This document shows, piece after piece, positions 40,851-49,606 of a DNA stretch of 64,000 bases. Position 1 is the first letter of the stretch. Each line of letters starts with the position of its first letter. The stretch covers positions 7,047 through 71,046 of the IMG/VR virus record IMGVR_UViG_3300017598_000263; one strand, given 5' to 3'. The notes under the pieces were generated by a model that did no database searches, had not been told where the DNA came from, and saw only the letters and a list, made by a program, of their open reading frames with translations. Position numbers and translations under genes: made by a program. The DNA comes from a virus.

Positions 40851-41465
40851 TTAAATTAAATTATCTGCTCTTAAAATTAGAGCAGAATACAGCTTTGGAT
40901 TAGTATGCTCATAAGACTGAGCAGCTTTCTTAATAAGATTTCCCTTAAAAGAACAATAAGCAATGTGTGCTTCTTCAGGTGTATCAAATAACCCAACATG
41001 CTTGGGTGATCCACCATCACGACACTTAGCTAAAAACCTACCACTAGGAGCTTTAGTAACACCTAATGGATAGCCCGTAGTATTACTACGCCCAGTAGCT
41101 AACAGTAAATTCAAACTACTAGGGATATACACACATGTTTCAGGTGAATAAACTTTATTACCTTCAACAAGTGCATCCTTATCAAGATGCATACCCTGCC
41201 AGTTTTGAGACTTCATCCATTCTCTAAATACTGAAAATGTCAGCCACTCGTCACACACAATACAGTCTAAATAAGCCTTATTAGTACCTGCATAGCAACG
41301 ATTTATCATACTTTTCCAAGTAACATAGTAAGGACATTGCAGACTCTTGCCATCAACCTTACGCCTAGTGGAATAAGAAACATCATTAATGCCAACACCC
41401 TGAATAGGTCGTCTTTGAGCTAAAGCTTTCACCGTAGCTGGTACCTCGATAAAATTTTCCATCAT
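40851..41465 (-). CDS. HNH-type homing endonuclease, paralog of 38213-38794
   Basis: Same motif series: GVGIND, CPYY..W..M..RCY, CDEWLTFS, GMHLDKD, GNK.YSP. Confidence 0.75.
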   Translation of the reverse strand: MMENFIEVPATVKALAQRRPIQGVGINDVSYSTRRKVDGKSLQCPYYVTWKSMINRCYAGTNKAYLDCIVCDEWLTFSVFREWMKSQNWQGMHLDKDALVEGNKVYSPETCVYIPSSLNLLLATGRSNTTGYPLGVTKAPSGRFLAKCRDGGSPKHVGLFDTPEEAHIAYCSFKGNLIKKAAQSYEHTNPKLYSALILRADNLI

Positions 41466-41595
41466 TATTCTCCTAATTTGAACAGTTAATATGCGAGAAC
41501 ATGCCTCCGAGTAATACGGAAATCTACTGTCCTCTGTTGCGGTAAATGAGTATTTACCCGGTAACACTCTCCTCAAGAGTGCTACAAGTTAAATA

Positions 41596-42668
41596 CTAAA
41601 TAGATAATCTGATACCAGTTTCTTCAGCCCACTGTCGAGCTTCATTCTTAGCACCTTTATCCGTTGGATAACGACCAAAGCCAGTATCATAAGGCTCCCA
41701 GAACCCACCAAACTCTTCATTCCACTGCATATGAACAGCAAAGTAGCCACTCATACCGTTTGTTACAGTAATGTAATCAGTACGATCAGGTGATACATCA
41801 ACAACAGCTCCACAATCAGGACAGCAAAGCATATCTATAAAGCCTTGCTCATGCTTCCATCCCGATTGATGGTTTGTATCAGTAGCCCAAGCTACCAATT
41901 TAGTTATTGGTGGATTTGGATGTGTACATATAGTCATAGTATTCTCCTATGGTGTAATAAAACCTACCATTACAATAGTAAATGGAATAGCTGCTAATGC
42001 TGTCAACAACAGTTGAAGCAATACTTTCTTACGTGCTTTAAACTTCCTACGCTTATAAAAAGACATAGGTTTAAAAGTTCTAGTTGCCTGAATCATTAGC
42101 TGTGTCCTATTGAGTATTTAAGTTGCATAGTTTCACAATAGTTCATCAGGAATACTAAGAATGTCCTTGAACAATCAAACACAAACTTGTCTCCTTCAAC
42201 AGCTACTACAAACTTACCCTCAATACCTGGAAAACCTACCATCATAGTAGGACGCAACAGCTCCTGTACCCACTCAAGGTCAGGATGAGCTGAACGCAAT
42301 TCTTTAACAACACTGCGAATAGACCCATTAAACTCACTTGTGAGTGTTACACCTTTAAGAGGCAACAACCCCTTCATACCAACTCGTAGCTTAGTAGTCA
42401 TTTCACACCACCTTCGAGGACTATCTCCTCTGGATATATAATTTCAAGTTCCATAGTATTTCTCCACTTATACGTGAGCAGTATTACCCACAAGTCAGCA
42501 CCCTGTTACCAAGGCACTGAGTTGTAGTTAATAAATGTCAAAGGTTGCCCATGACACCCATGCAGTCCATACATCAGGATCATCATCAAGAAGCCATTCC
42601 GTAAATACGCATAGAATGACAGGTAGGAAACACACCCAGGCAAAGATAAATCTGAATAAACTCTTCAT
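41596..42668 (-). CDS. Small early ORFs (41596-41937, 42096-42401, 42528-42668 and shorter ones)
   Basis: GGAG RBS upstream of several; packed arrangement. Confidence 0.55.
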
Positions 42669-42710
42669 TTAATTCTCCAATAGTTATGCACATCCTTGTG
42701 CAGGTAGTCC

Positions 42711-43115
42711 TTACTTATTAAGTTCAGCTTCTAGCTCTGCTATATAAGCTGCTTGCTCCTTTTCAAGGTCTGATCTGTCGTCAGTGTCATCATCATCTTC
42801 GAGTAGTGTGTGGATACCTGCACCACCTAATAATGCTATTTGTCGAACCGTTACGCTTACTTCCTGCTCTACGATACGGAAAGCCTTGTCGTGTGCCTCC
42901 TGTGGATCTACGCCATCTGCCACGTAGTAGCCCTCACCTGCTGTGAATGGTGAGGCTAACAATTCCTTTGCTACCTCTGGAGTGGCTACCACACCTTTAG
43001 CCAATAACTGCAAGCCATCAGCTATGAGTTTTGTGCTCACTGCTACTGTGCCAGTTGTTGCTGATACTGTGCTGCCTACTGCTTCTTTGATGTTTTTAAG
43101 GTTACTATTGCTCAT
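42711..43115 (-). CDS. First early gene (N4 gp1-like position)
   Basis: 134 aa, Thr/Val/Ala-rich N-terminus, acidic tail, GGAG RBS; first gene left of the divergence point. Confidence 0.55.
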   Translation of the reverse strand: MSNSNLKNIKEAVGSTVSATTGTVAVSTKLIADGLQLLAKGVVATPEVAKELLASPFTAGEGYYVADGVDPQEAHDKAFRIVEQEVSVTVRQIALLGGAGIHTLLEDDDDTDDRSDLEKEQAAYIAELEAELNK

Positions 43116-43290
43116 TGTATTTCTCCGATTTAATGGGTCCCATCCGCGAAAGTGCGGGGGGTACTCCAGTTGATATAGCCAAGTTGCTATATACTGCGTC
43201 TACACAAAATTTTTAAAAATTGCACATGGCTTTTGGTATATTATTTGATACTATGATAAAGTAACTTTTATTTAACCAAAGGAGATACCC

Positions 43291-43506
43291 ATGACAGGTC
43301 CATGTAACAGTGAAATTATGAAGTTTTTCGAATATGAGCATTTGCCTATAGAATTACAAAAAATTTCAGCAACCCTTTGTGAAGCTGCAGTAGATTTGAA
43401 TAATAAGCTTCCAGATGGTGAAGAAAAATATGCTGGATTGAGAAAGTTGCTAGAAGCCAAAGATTGCTTTGTTCGAGCTGCTTACCTTAAAAGTTCTGGA
43501 GAATAA
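43291..43506 (+). CDS. Small helical-hairpin protein, possible nucleotide-signal sponge (Acb2/Tad1-like)
   Basis: FF.Y.HLP..LQ...LP...EK..GLRKLLEAKDCFVRA motif. Confidence 0.45.
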   Translation: MTGPCNSEIMKFFEYEHLPIELQKISATLCEAAVDLNNKLPDGEEKYAGLRKLLEAKDCFVRAAYLKSSGE

Positions 43507-43507
43507 T

Positions 43508-43699
43508 ATGGACAATAGATCTGAATTGAAATCGATGGAATTAATGATTTTAGGTCATATATCAAAAATGCCAGAGGAAGAAAAACAGGCAGTAATGGAT
43601 ATGGTAAAAGAATTAAAAGAAGTACACAGTAGATATAAGGAAAATACCGCTAATACAGCTTTGGCTTTATATCAGTGTGAAGTGGGTCTTGCACAATAG
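43508..43699 (+). CDS. Hypothetical protein
   Basis: ATG at 43508 after GGAG. Confidence 0.55.
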   Translation: MDNRSELKSMELMILGHISKMPEEEKQAVMDMVKELKEVHSRYKENTANTALALYQCEVGLAQ

Positions 43700-44061
43700 G
43701 CTAAGAATACCCAGTAGATTTCGGTAATACGAAGTTTGGTGCTTATATAGTTAAATATTTTATTCGAAGGAAGTTTAGTTCACCGTACAGCCTGGAGTTC
43801 CGGCTTTGCCGGGACGTAGGGATGTGTGAACTAAAGTTACAAGAATAAATATATTTACGTAGGTAGTTATACAAAGTAAATCCTGAGTAACGACACCACC
43901 GGTGTCGGGACGTGTGTTTCGGCGAAACACCAGGAGTTACGGTTACTGCTTAACTTATATTGCTTGTAGTAATTATGCTCACTGCGTTCGCCCCTATATA
44001 CATAGTTAATAATACAAAAGTTGTAAGTTACTGATTTTAAAGAGTTTATTTTTTCAATCTA

Positions 44062-44147
44062 TATACAAATAGCTAACGGTAGAAGTAGCTATTTATATAT
44101 AGCGCAGTTAGCTATTTGTATACATGTAGTAATATAGCTAATAGCTA
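44062..44147. repeat. 16-bp inverted repeat plus five TAGCTA palindromes in an AT-rich tract
   Basis: TATACAAATAGCTAAC (44062-44077) / GTTAGCTATTTGTATA (44107-44122); TAGCTA at 44070, 44086, 44109, 44135 and 44142. Confidence 0.8.
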
Positions 44148-44156
44148 ATTAGCATA

Positions 44157-44185
44157 TTGATAACTAAAATATATACGTTTATAAT
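44157..44185 (+). promoter_or_regulatory. Sigma70-type promoter
   Basis: TTGATA-17-TATAAT upstream of 44223. Confidence 0.65.
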
Positions 44186-44222
44186 TAATGCTTAATAATT
44201 TATTAATAGAGGAATAACCGAC

Positions 44223-44669
44223 ATGCAGAATCATTTTATTGCGTATTACCAACATATAGCTAAATTAGCGCAAGTAGCTAATAAACAAACAATTTTCCTG
44301 GCTTATGTGCTTTATCACATGGAATTTGATAGTGATAAAAAACAGTATTATGCAGATCTTAGTACCGCTAAAAAAATAGAAATAATGAAGAAAGTAAGTC
44401 CTGAAGTAGATTCAGATAAATTACTTAATCTATCAAATCAGTATATTAATAAGTTAAAGAAAGCAGATTTAATAAAAAGTTGGGGCAGAGGAGTTTGGGG
44501 AGTTAATCCTATATGCTATGGTGCTCAAAGACCTATTAGTAAAAGTCTTAGAGAAGAAAATGTAAAAGTGTATTCTACTGCAGTATTTACAAAAAATGGA
44601 CTAGAAACAGTTGATACAAAAGTAGTAGATGAAGAAGGAAAAATTTTAAATGACATAGAAAATACTTAA
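44223..44669 (+). CDS. RepL-like winged-helix protein
   Basis: INKLKKADLIKSWGRGVWGVNP resembles the RepL wHTH wing. Confidence 0.5.
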   Translation: MQNHFIAYYQHIAKLAQVANKQTIFLAYVLYHMEFDSDKKQYYADLSTAKKIEIMKKVSPEVDSDKLLNLSNQYINKLKKADLIKSWGRGVWGVNPICYGAQRPISKSLREENVKVYSTAVFTKNGLETVDTKVVDEEGKILNDIENT

Positions 44670-44695
44670 TAAGATTTCTGTAAACACTAAATAAA

Positions 44696-44929
44696 ATGGA
44701 AAATAATATGACTATATGCAACAAAATGTGGTTTGACAGAAGGAAAGATGCAGAAGCATATATTGCTACAACTAAAGCAGGTAGAAAAAAGGTACCGAAA
44801 GCTTATGCAAATAAGAAATTAAAAGTTTATACCTGCAGTGTATGTGGAAAATACCACATCACTTCTAAGGAAAGGCAGAAAGGTAAGAGGTTGAAAATAC
44901 GTAAAAAGGAAATTCAGAAGAGTAAATAA
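44696..44929 (+). CDS. Small basic zinc-finger protein
   Basis: C.K..F...A...VYTCSVCGKYHITS motif. Confidence 0.6.
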   Translation: MENNMTICNKMWFDRRKDAEAYIATTKAGRKKVPKAYANKKLKVYTCSVCGKYHITSKERQKGKRLKIRKKEIQKSK

Positions 44930-44942
44930 GAATATTACATAT

Positions 44943-44972
44943 TTGACACTGAAAGGTAACACAGACTATACT
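44943..44972 (+). promoter_or_regulatory. Sigma70-type promoter
   Basis: TTGACA-18-TATACT just upstream of 44980, so the mRNA may be nearly leaderless. Confidence 0.6.
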
Positions 44973-44979
44973 GCCGAAC

Positions 44980-45216
44980 ATGCAAAACTCAAATATTGAA
45001 GAATACCTACAAATCTCAGAATCTAAAGCAGTAGATGTGCTGCTTTGGTTACTGAAGAATCGTGACAAAGACAATAAGATTTATACGACCCTGGATACAA
45101 TAGCCCTAGAATGTAAAGTTACTAAGGTTACTGTAAACAGGGTTTTTCAACGCCTATACGAAAAAGAATTTTTAACTAAGATCAGAAATGGTCAATATAA
45201 GTTAAATAAGGTATGA
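44980..45216 (+). CDS. RepL-like HTH protein
   Basis: LLWLLKNRD..N....TLDTIALECKVTKVTVNRVFQRLYEKEFL.KIRNGQYKLN. Confidence 0.65.
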   Translation: MQNSNIEEYLQISESKAVDVLLWLLKNRDKDNKIYTTLDTIALECKVTKVTVNRVFQRLYEKEFLTKIRNGQYKLNKV

Positions 45217-45497
45217 GTAATATACGCGGAATAATAAGGTCTGATAAATGGAGACCGAAACCTTTCATAATTATTGATGACTTAGAGGAAAATATAATGA
45301 CGAGTACAGTAACTGTTACTGCCCATTGTGCAGAAGATAAAGAAGTTGTTATTAACGTAGCTGAACAAAGTGAAACCAGTGGAAGTAATGGAGTTTACAT
45401 TCTTCAAGATGGTGAAACCTGGGAAGATGTCGTATATGACAATCGTGAAATAACTGTAAAAGAACGAGTTCAAGAAACAGGCAAAGTAGACGTATAA
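45213..45497 (+). CDS. Hypothetical protein (possible start at 45297, MTSTVTVTAHC)
   Basis: ORF with an internal GAGG RBS. Confidence 0.55.
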   Translation: MSNIRGIIRSDKWRPKPFIIIDDLEENIMTSTVTVTAHCAEDKEVVINVAEQSETSGSNGVYILQDGETWEDVVYDNREITVKERVQETGKVDV

Positions 45498-45522
45498 TTT
45501 AAATAGAGTACAGGAAAATACC

Positions 45523-46083
45523 ATGGTAAAAAGTAAAGCAGTTAAACGAGTAGCTAAAGCAATTGCACGTAAAAAATCTAAAACAGTAGATATTTGGGTT
45601 AAAGCTAAATCTTATGTAGGTCTTAAAGAAATTTCAGCAGTTCCTATGACTCGTGGAAACTATTGCAAATTTAAAGGCTGGAATATTCCTGCTGAAGAAA
45701 ATTCGAAAGATAAAGGCTATATTGTAAAATATCCCGACGGTTATATTAGCTGGAGTCCTACTGAACAATTTGAACTTGCTTATCAAGAATCTGGCAATAT
45801 GAGTTTCTCTGCTGCAGTTTTCTTAATGAAAAAAGGTTATAAATTAGCACGAGCAGGTTGGAACGGTAAAGGTATGTGGTGCATGTATGTACCGGGCACT
45901 AAAAAAGCTGAGTTACGTCCTGGTACTCCATATGCAACTGCATTACCTAAGCGTAAATCGATTGAGATTTTGCCTCATTTCGATATGTTCACTGTAAATG
46001 CATCTGGTCGTCGTGCGATGTTGCCAGGCTGGTTAGCATCTCAAAGTGATTTAGATAGCTCTGACTGGATGGTTGTAAAGTAA
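45523..46083 (+). CDS. DUF2829 (Tad2-family sponge) domain fused to an N-terminal YxGxK...SWSP domain
   Basis: MSFSAA...KKG....RAGWNGKGM...WLASQSDL.SSDW is the DUF2829 signature. Confidence 0.75.
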   Translation: MVKSKAVKRVAKAIARKKSKTVDIWVKAKSYVGLKEISAVPMTRGNYCKFKGWNIPAEENSKDKGYIVKYPDGYISWSPTEQFELAYQESGNMSFSAAVFLMKKGYKLARAGWNGKGMWCMYVPGTKKAELRPGTPYATALPKRKSIEILPHFDMFTVNASGRRAMLPGWLASQSDLDSSDWMVVK

Positions 46084-46085
46084 CC

Positions 46086-46132
46086 TTTACACAATTACCA
46101 ACCTTCTGTTAACATATTAGCAGGAGGTTGGT
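46086..46132 (+). promoter_or_regulatory. Promoter embedded in an RBS-sequestering hairpin of the HNH gene
   Basis: TTTACA-18-TAACAT (TGn). The stem ACCAACCTTCTGTTAA/TTAGCAGGAGGTTGGT covers GGAGG. Confidence 0.7.
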
Positions 46133-46135
46133 TTT

Positions 46136-46717
46136 ATGAATTACGATCAAATTGAAGTTACGGTAAATAGTACTACTTTAAAATGGTATATAGAAAAAGG
46201 ATATGAAATACCTACGTACACAAGACAGTTATGGGCTAATTTAAAACGTGGTAGAGTAAAAAATGGTGTAAAGGTAGGAGTAAAAAGAGGAACTAAAATT
46301 ACTGTAAAAATAAAAGATTTACCTCCAGAATCAGGTGAACAAATAACAAGGTTATGTACCTCTTGCAGTAATGAATTTAGTACAACTTATGGAGCATGGC
46401 TAAAAAAAGAACAATCAGATAGATGTGTAACATGTGCAAAGAAAAAAGTTAAAGGTGATGGGTCACATGGTTATTGGGTTAATAAGTTAATAGCAAATAA
46501 CACAAACGCTAAATGTGACATATCAAATGAAACTGATAAAAGATTTTTAGTGCTCCACCACCTAGACTCACGTACAGGAGGTGGAAGAAATACGCCAGAT
46601 AATTATGTTGTGTTATCTGCTAACTACCATTTAGCCTTTCATAACTGGAATGGTGGAATGAATATACGATGTACAAAGGAACAATATAATGAATTTAAAA
46701 AACAAGAACTTGGATAA
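46136..46717 (+). CDS. HNH endonuclease
   Basis: CxxC pairs and LVLHHLD...N...NYVVLSANYHLAFH. Confidence 0.7.
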   Translation: MNYDQIEVTVNSTTLKWYIEKGYEIPTYTRQLWANLKRGRVKNGVKVGVKRGTKITVKIKDLPPESGEQITRLCTSCSNEFSTTYGAWLKKEQSDRCVTCAKKKVKGDGSHGYWVNKLIANNTNAKCDISNETDKRFLVLHHLDSRTGGGRNTPDNYVVLSANYHLAFHNWNGGMNIRCTKEQYNEFKKQELG

Positions 46718-46766
46718 ATCTCAATCAGATATGGCTGCAGAAGATTGGTGTATTGTAGAATAATAA

Positions 46767-47180
46767 ATGTCCTTTTTTAAACGACAAGATATAGGCCGGG
46801 TATATGTCATTAAAATGATATTGCCCGGTAATGTCGTTATTCACAAGATTGGGATGTGTAATTCCAGTAGATCGACGGATCGCATGATGGAAATTTTACG
46901 GTCCTGGTTTACTAAATTCAGATTTGTACCTTATACTGAATTGAAATTAGATATGGAAACTGGGTATCCAAAAGAAATTGAAGAACATATGCATAAATGC
47001 TTAGAACATAAGCAATTTATACCTAATGAAAAAGTTAGTGGTGGTACAGAAATGTTTACAGATATTGATGAATTTAGAATCATACAGTATTTAAAACAAT
47101 GCAATGATAATCTATTTGCAGAACCACTAAATCTGTCTAAAAAAGATTATAAAAATTTAGGGCAATTTTTGTCCCCATAG
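46767..47180 (+). CDS. T5orf172/GIY-YIG-like domain protein
   Basis: VYVI...KIG...R...E..MH...GGTEMF motif. Confidence 0.65.
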   Translation: MSFFKRQDIGRVYVIKMILPGNVVIHKIGMCNSSRSTDRMMEILRSWFTKFRFVPYTELKLDMETGYPKEIEEHMHKCLEHKQFIPNEKVSGGTEMFTDIDEFRIIQYLKQCNDNLFAEPLNLSKKDYKNLGQFLSP

Positions 47181-47189
47181 GTAAGCAGA

Positions 47190-47903
47190 ATGCCCAAAGA
47201 ATTAACACTTGAATTAGTACAGTCACAACTAAAGCCAAATCAACGGCTAACAATAAGTGAAGATACAGTAGCTGAAATACAAAAATTAGCTGAAGATCCT
47301 GACTATGGTGAAGAATTTCTTGATTGCTACTTAGATCACCTAAATATCTTTAAAGAAAATCCACGTAGATCTCATAACCAATATTTGAGTGCTATTAAAT
47401 TTTTTAGCCTGGTTGAATCAGATAATAGTCTGACTGACGCTTATATAAAAACATTCCCAGAAAGATTTAATGCTCGGTGTAAAACAAAATTTGGAGAACC
47501 TCCTGCAGACAAATCTATCATGCGAGGTGAGGCCAGTAGATATAACGCTTCAGTGATGGTTTCTGAAATACGCAGGGTAGCTGGAGTACCTGTACAACTT
47601 GTCCATAGACATTTATTGCATGAAGCAATATTGGCACAAGCTGATTTAATGCGTAATGCAAGAAGTGAAATGGTACGTCAGAAAGCTGGTCAAACATTAA
47701 TACAAGAATTGAAACCTGCTGAAGACCAGGTACTTAAAGTGGAAGTTGATGATGGTACAACATCTGTTATCAGTGAATTACACAAAGCAGCAGAAGCATT
47801 AGCTGCAGCTGAACATCGAACTGTTATGGCTGGTACTCCGTTGAAAGATGTAGCAGAATCAAAAGTAATAGAAGCAGAAGTGATAGAAGATGACGACGAC
47901 TAA
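47190..47903 (+). CDS. N4 gp69-like protein (putative terminase small subunit)
   Basis: Immediately upstream of TerL; AYIKTFPERF and ARSEMVRQKA motifs. Confidence 0.7.
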   Translation: MPKELTLELVQSQLKPNQRLTISEDTVAEIQKLAEDPDYGEEFLDCYLDHLNIFKENPRRSHNQYLSAIKFFSLVESDNSLTDAYIKTFPERFNARCKTKFGEPPADKSIMRGEASRYNASVMVSEIRRVAGVPVQLVHRHLLHEAILAQADLMRNARSEMVRQKAGQTLIQELKPAEDQVLKVEVDDGTTSVISELHKAAEALAAAEHRTVMAGTPLKDVAESKVIEAEVIEDDDD

Positions 47904-49566
47904 TAAAAAAATGGATCTAGATGAAAGGCTTAATCACGTAGATTATAGCTACTTTGGTGACAAATATGTTCCTACTACATTTGCCTTCAAATTTATCGCA
48001 TTCATAAAATTAGTTAACGGGGCTGAAGGAGAAGAGAATAAATCTCCAATAATTCACTATGACATGTTGGATCAAGTAGTAAAAGCTGCAGAAGAATCCA
48101 AAGGTGACAATAAACGCTTTATTCAGAATCTATATGTATCATTTCGTGGATCAGCAAAAACTACTGCATTACATGAGTATATGTTTTTGTATATTGCTGT
48201 TTATGGTGAGGTACCTGGGTTTGGCCGAGTAGATGTAGCTATGTATATAAGTGACACCATTGATAACGGTGTTAAATCTATGAGAACTAACCTGGAATAC
48301 AGATGGAATAATAGTGAATTCCTGCAGAAGTATGTTCCTAAAATGCTTATGACATCTACCGATAGACTAGAAGGTAAAGGAAAAGCAGAAACAAAATTTA
48401 CAGATGTAAGATGGGAATTTGTTAACCTTGATGGTAAAAAATTCTGTGTACGAGGATTTGGTGCAAGTACAGGTGTTCGTGGATTTAAAGAATACGGAAA
48501 AAGACCAAATTGGTTAGGCTTAGACGATTTGATGTCTGATAAAAATGCAGAATCTGCAACAATTGTTAGAGACATCAAACACATTATTTACAAAGCTGCT
48601 CGTCAGGCAATGCATCCCAAAAAACGTATGACTATTTGGACCGGTACACCATTCAATAAATCTGATCCATTATACGAAGCCGCTGGAAGTAGATCTTGGA
48701 ATACCAGAGTGTATCCTATATGTGAAAAATTCCCATGTGAGAAAAAAGATTTCGTTGGTGCCTGGGAAGATCGATTCGATTATGATTTTGTGAAACATGA
48801 GTATGATAGTCTTTTAGAAGATGGTGAAATATCTTCATTCAACCAGGAGCTTATGTTGAGAATTACAAGTGACGATGATCGTCTGGTACAAGATACTGAC
48901 ATAGTTTGGTATTCAAGAGATAAAGTTATTCAGAACCGCAGTAGATATAATTTCTACATAACTACGGATTTTGCTACTTCAGATAAAGCTAAAGCTGATT
49001 ACAGTGTCATATCTGTATGGGCTTATACAAATAATAAAGATTGGCTGCTTGTTGATGGTGTATGTAGACGACAATTAATGGATGCTAATATAAATGATCT
49101 ATTCCGTTTTGTTTCTATATATAAACCTTTAAGTGTTGGTATAGAAATTAATGGTCAACAAGGCGGATTTATACAATGGCTGAAAGACCAAATGATCACC
49201 AGAAACGTATTCTTTAACCTGGCTGGTAAAGGTAAAACTGAAGGTATTCGCAGAACAGGTAGCAAAATTGAGCATTTTAAACTATTTGTGCCTACAATTA
49301 AGGCTAAGAAGATGTGGCTACCTGAAGAACTTAAGGAAAAACCATTAGTTGCAGAATTTACTGAAGAGTTGAGATTTGCTACAGAAGAAGGATTTAAATC
49401 GAAACATGACGACGTTTGTGATACAGCATCTATGCTATTAGAGATACCAGCATTTGCTCCTAGCCAGGAAGCTACACCTGAATACGTAGAAAATGAAGCA
49501 GGTACATTCGGTTTTATGCATGAAGAAGAAGATAACGATAGCTATAATGGCAGTACAATTTTTTAA
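47890..49566 (+). CDS. terL: Terminase large subunit (N4 gp68-like)
   Basis: FRGSAKTT, GVRG, LDDL, GTPF, TTDFATS and HDDVCD motifs. Confidence 0.92.
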   Translation: MTTTNKKMDLDERLNHVDYSYFGDKYVPTTFAFKFIAFIKLVNGAEGEENKSPIIHYDMLDQVVKAAEESKGDNKRFIQNLYVSFRGSAKTTALHEYMFLYIAVYGEVPGFGRVDVAMYISDTIDNGVKSMRTNLEYRWNNSEFLQKYVPKMLMTSTDRLEGKGKAETKFTDVRWEFVNLDGKKFCVRGFGASTGVRGFKEYGKRPNWLGLDDLMSDKNAESATIVRDIKHIIYKAARQAMHPKKRMTIWTGTPFNKSDPLYEAAGSRSWNTRVYPICEKFPCEKKDFVGAWEDRFDYDFVKHEYDSLLEDGEISSFNQELMLRITSDDDRLVQDTDIVWYSRDKVIQNRSRYNFYITTDFATSDKAKADYSVISVWAYTNNKDWLLVDGVCRRQLMDANINDLFRFVSIYKPLSVGIEINGQQGGFIQWLKDQMITRNVFFNLAGKGKTEGIRRTGSKIEHFKLFVPTIKAKKMWLPEELKEKPLVAEFTEELRFATEEGFKSKHDDVCDTASMLLEIPAFAPSQEATPEYVENEAGTFGFMHEEEDNDSYNGSTIF

Positions 49567-49606
49567 AGACCCATGTTAGTATTACCAAAATTTGACGGAG
49601 TTCTCC

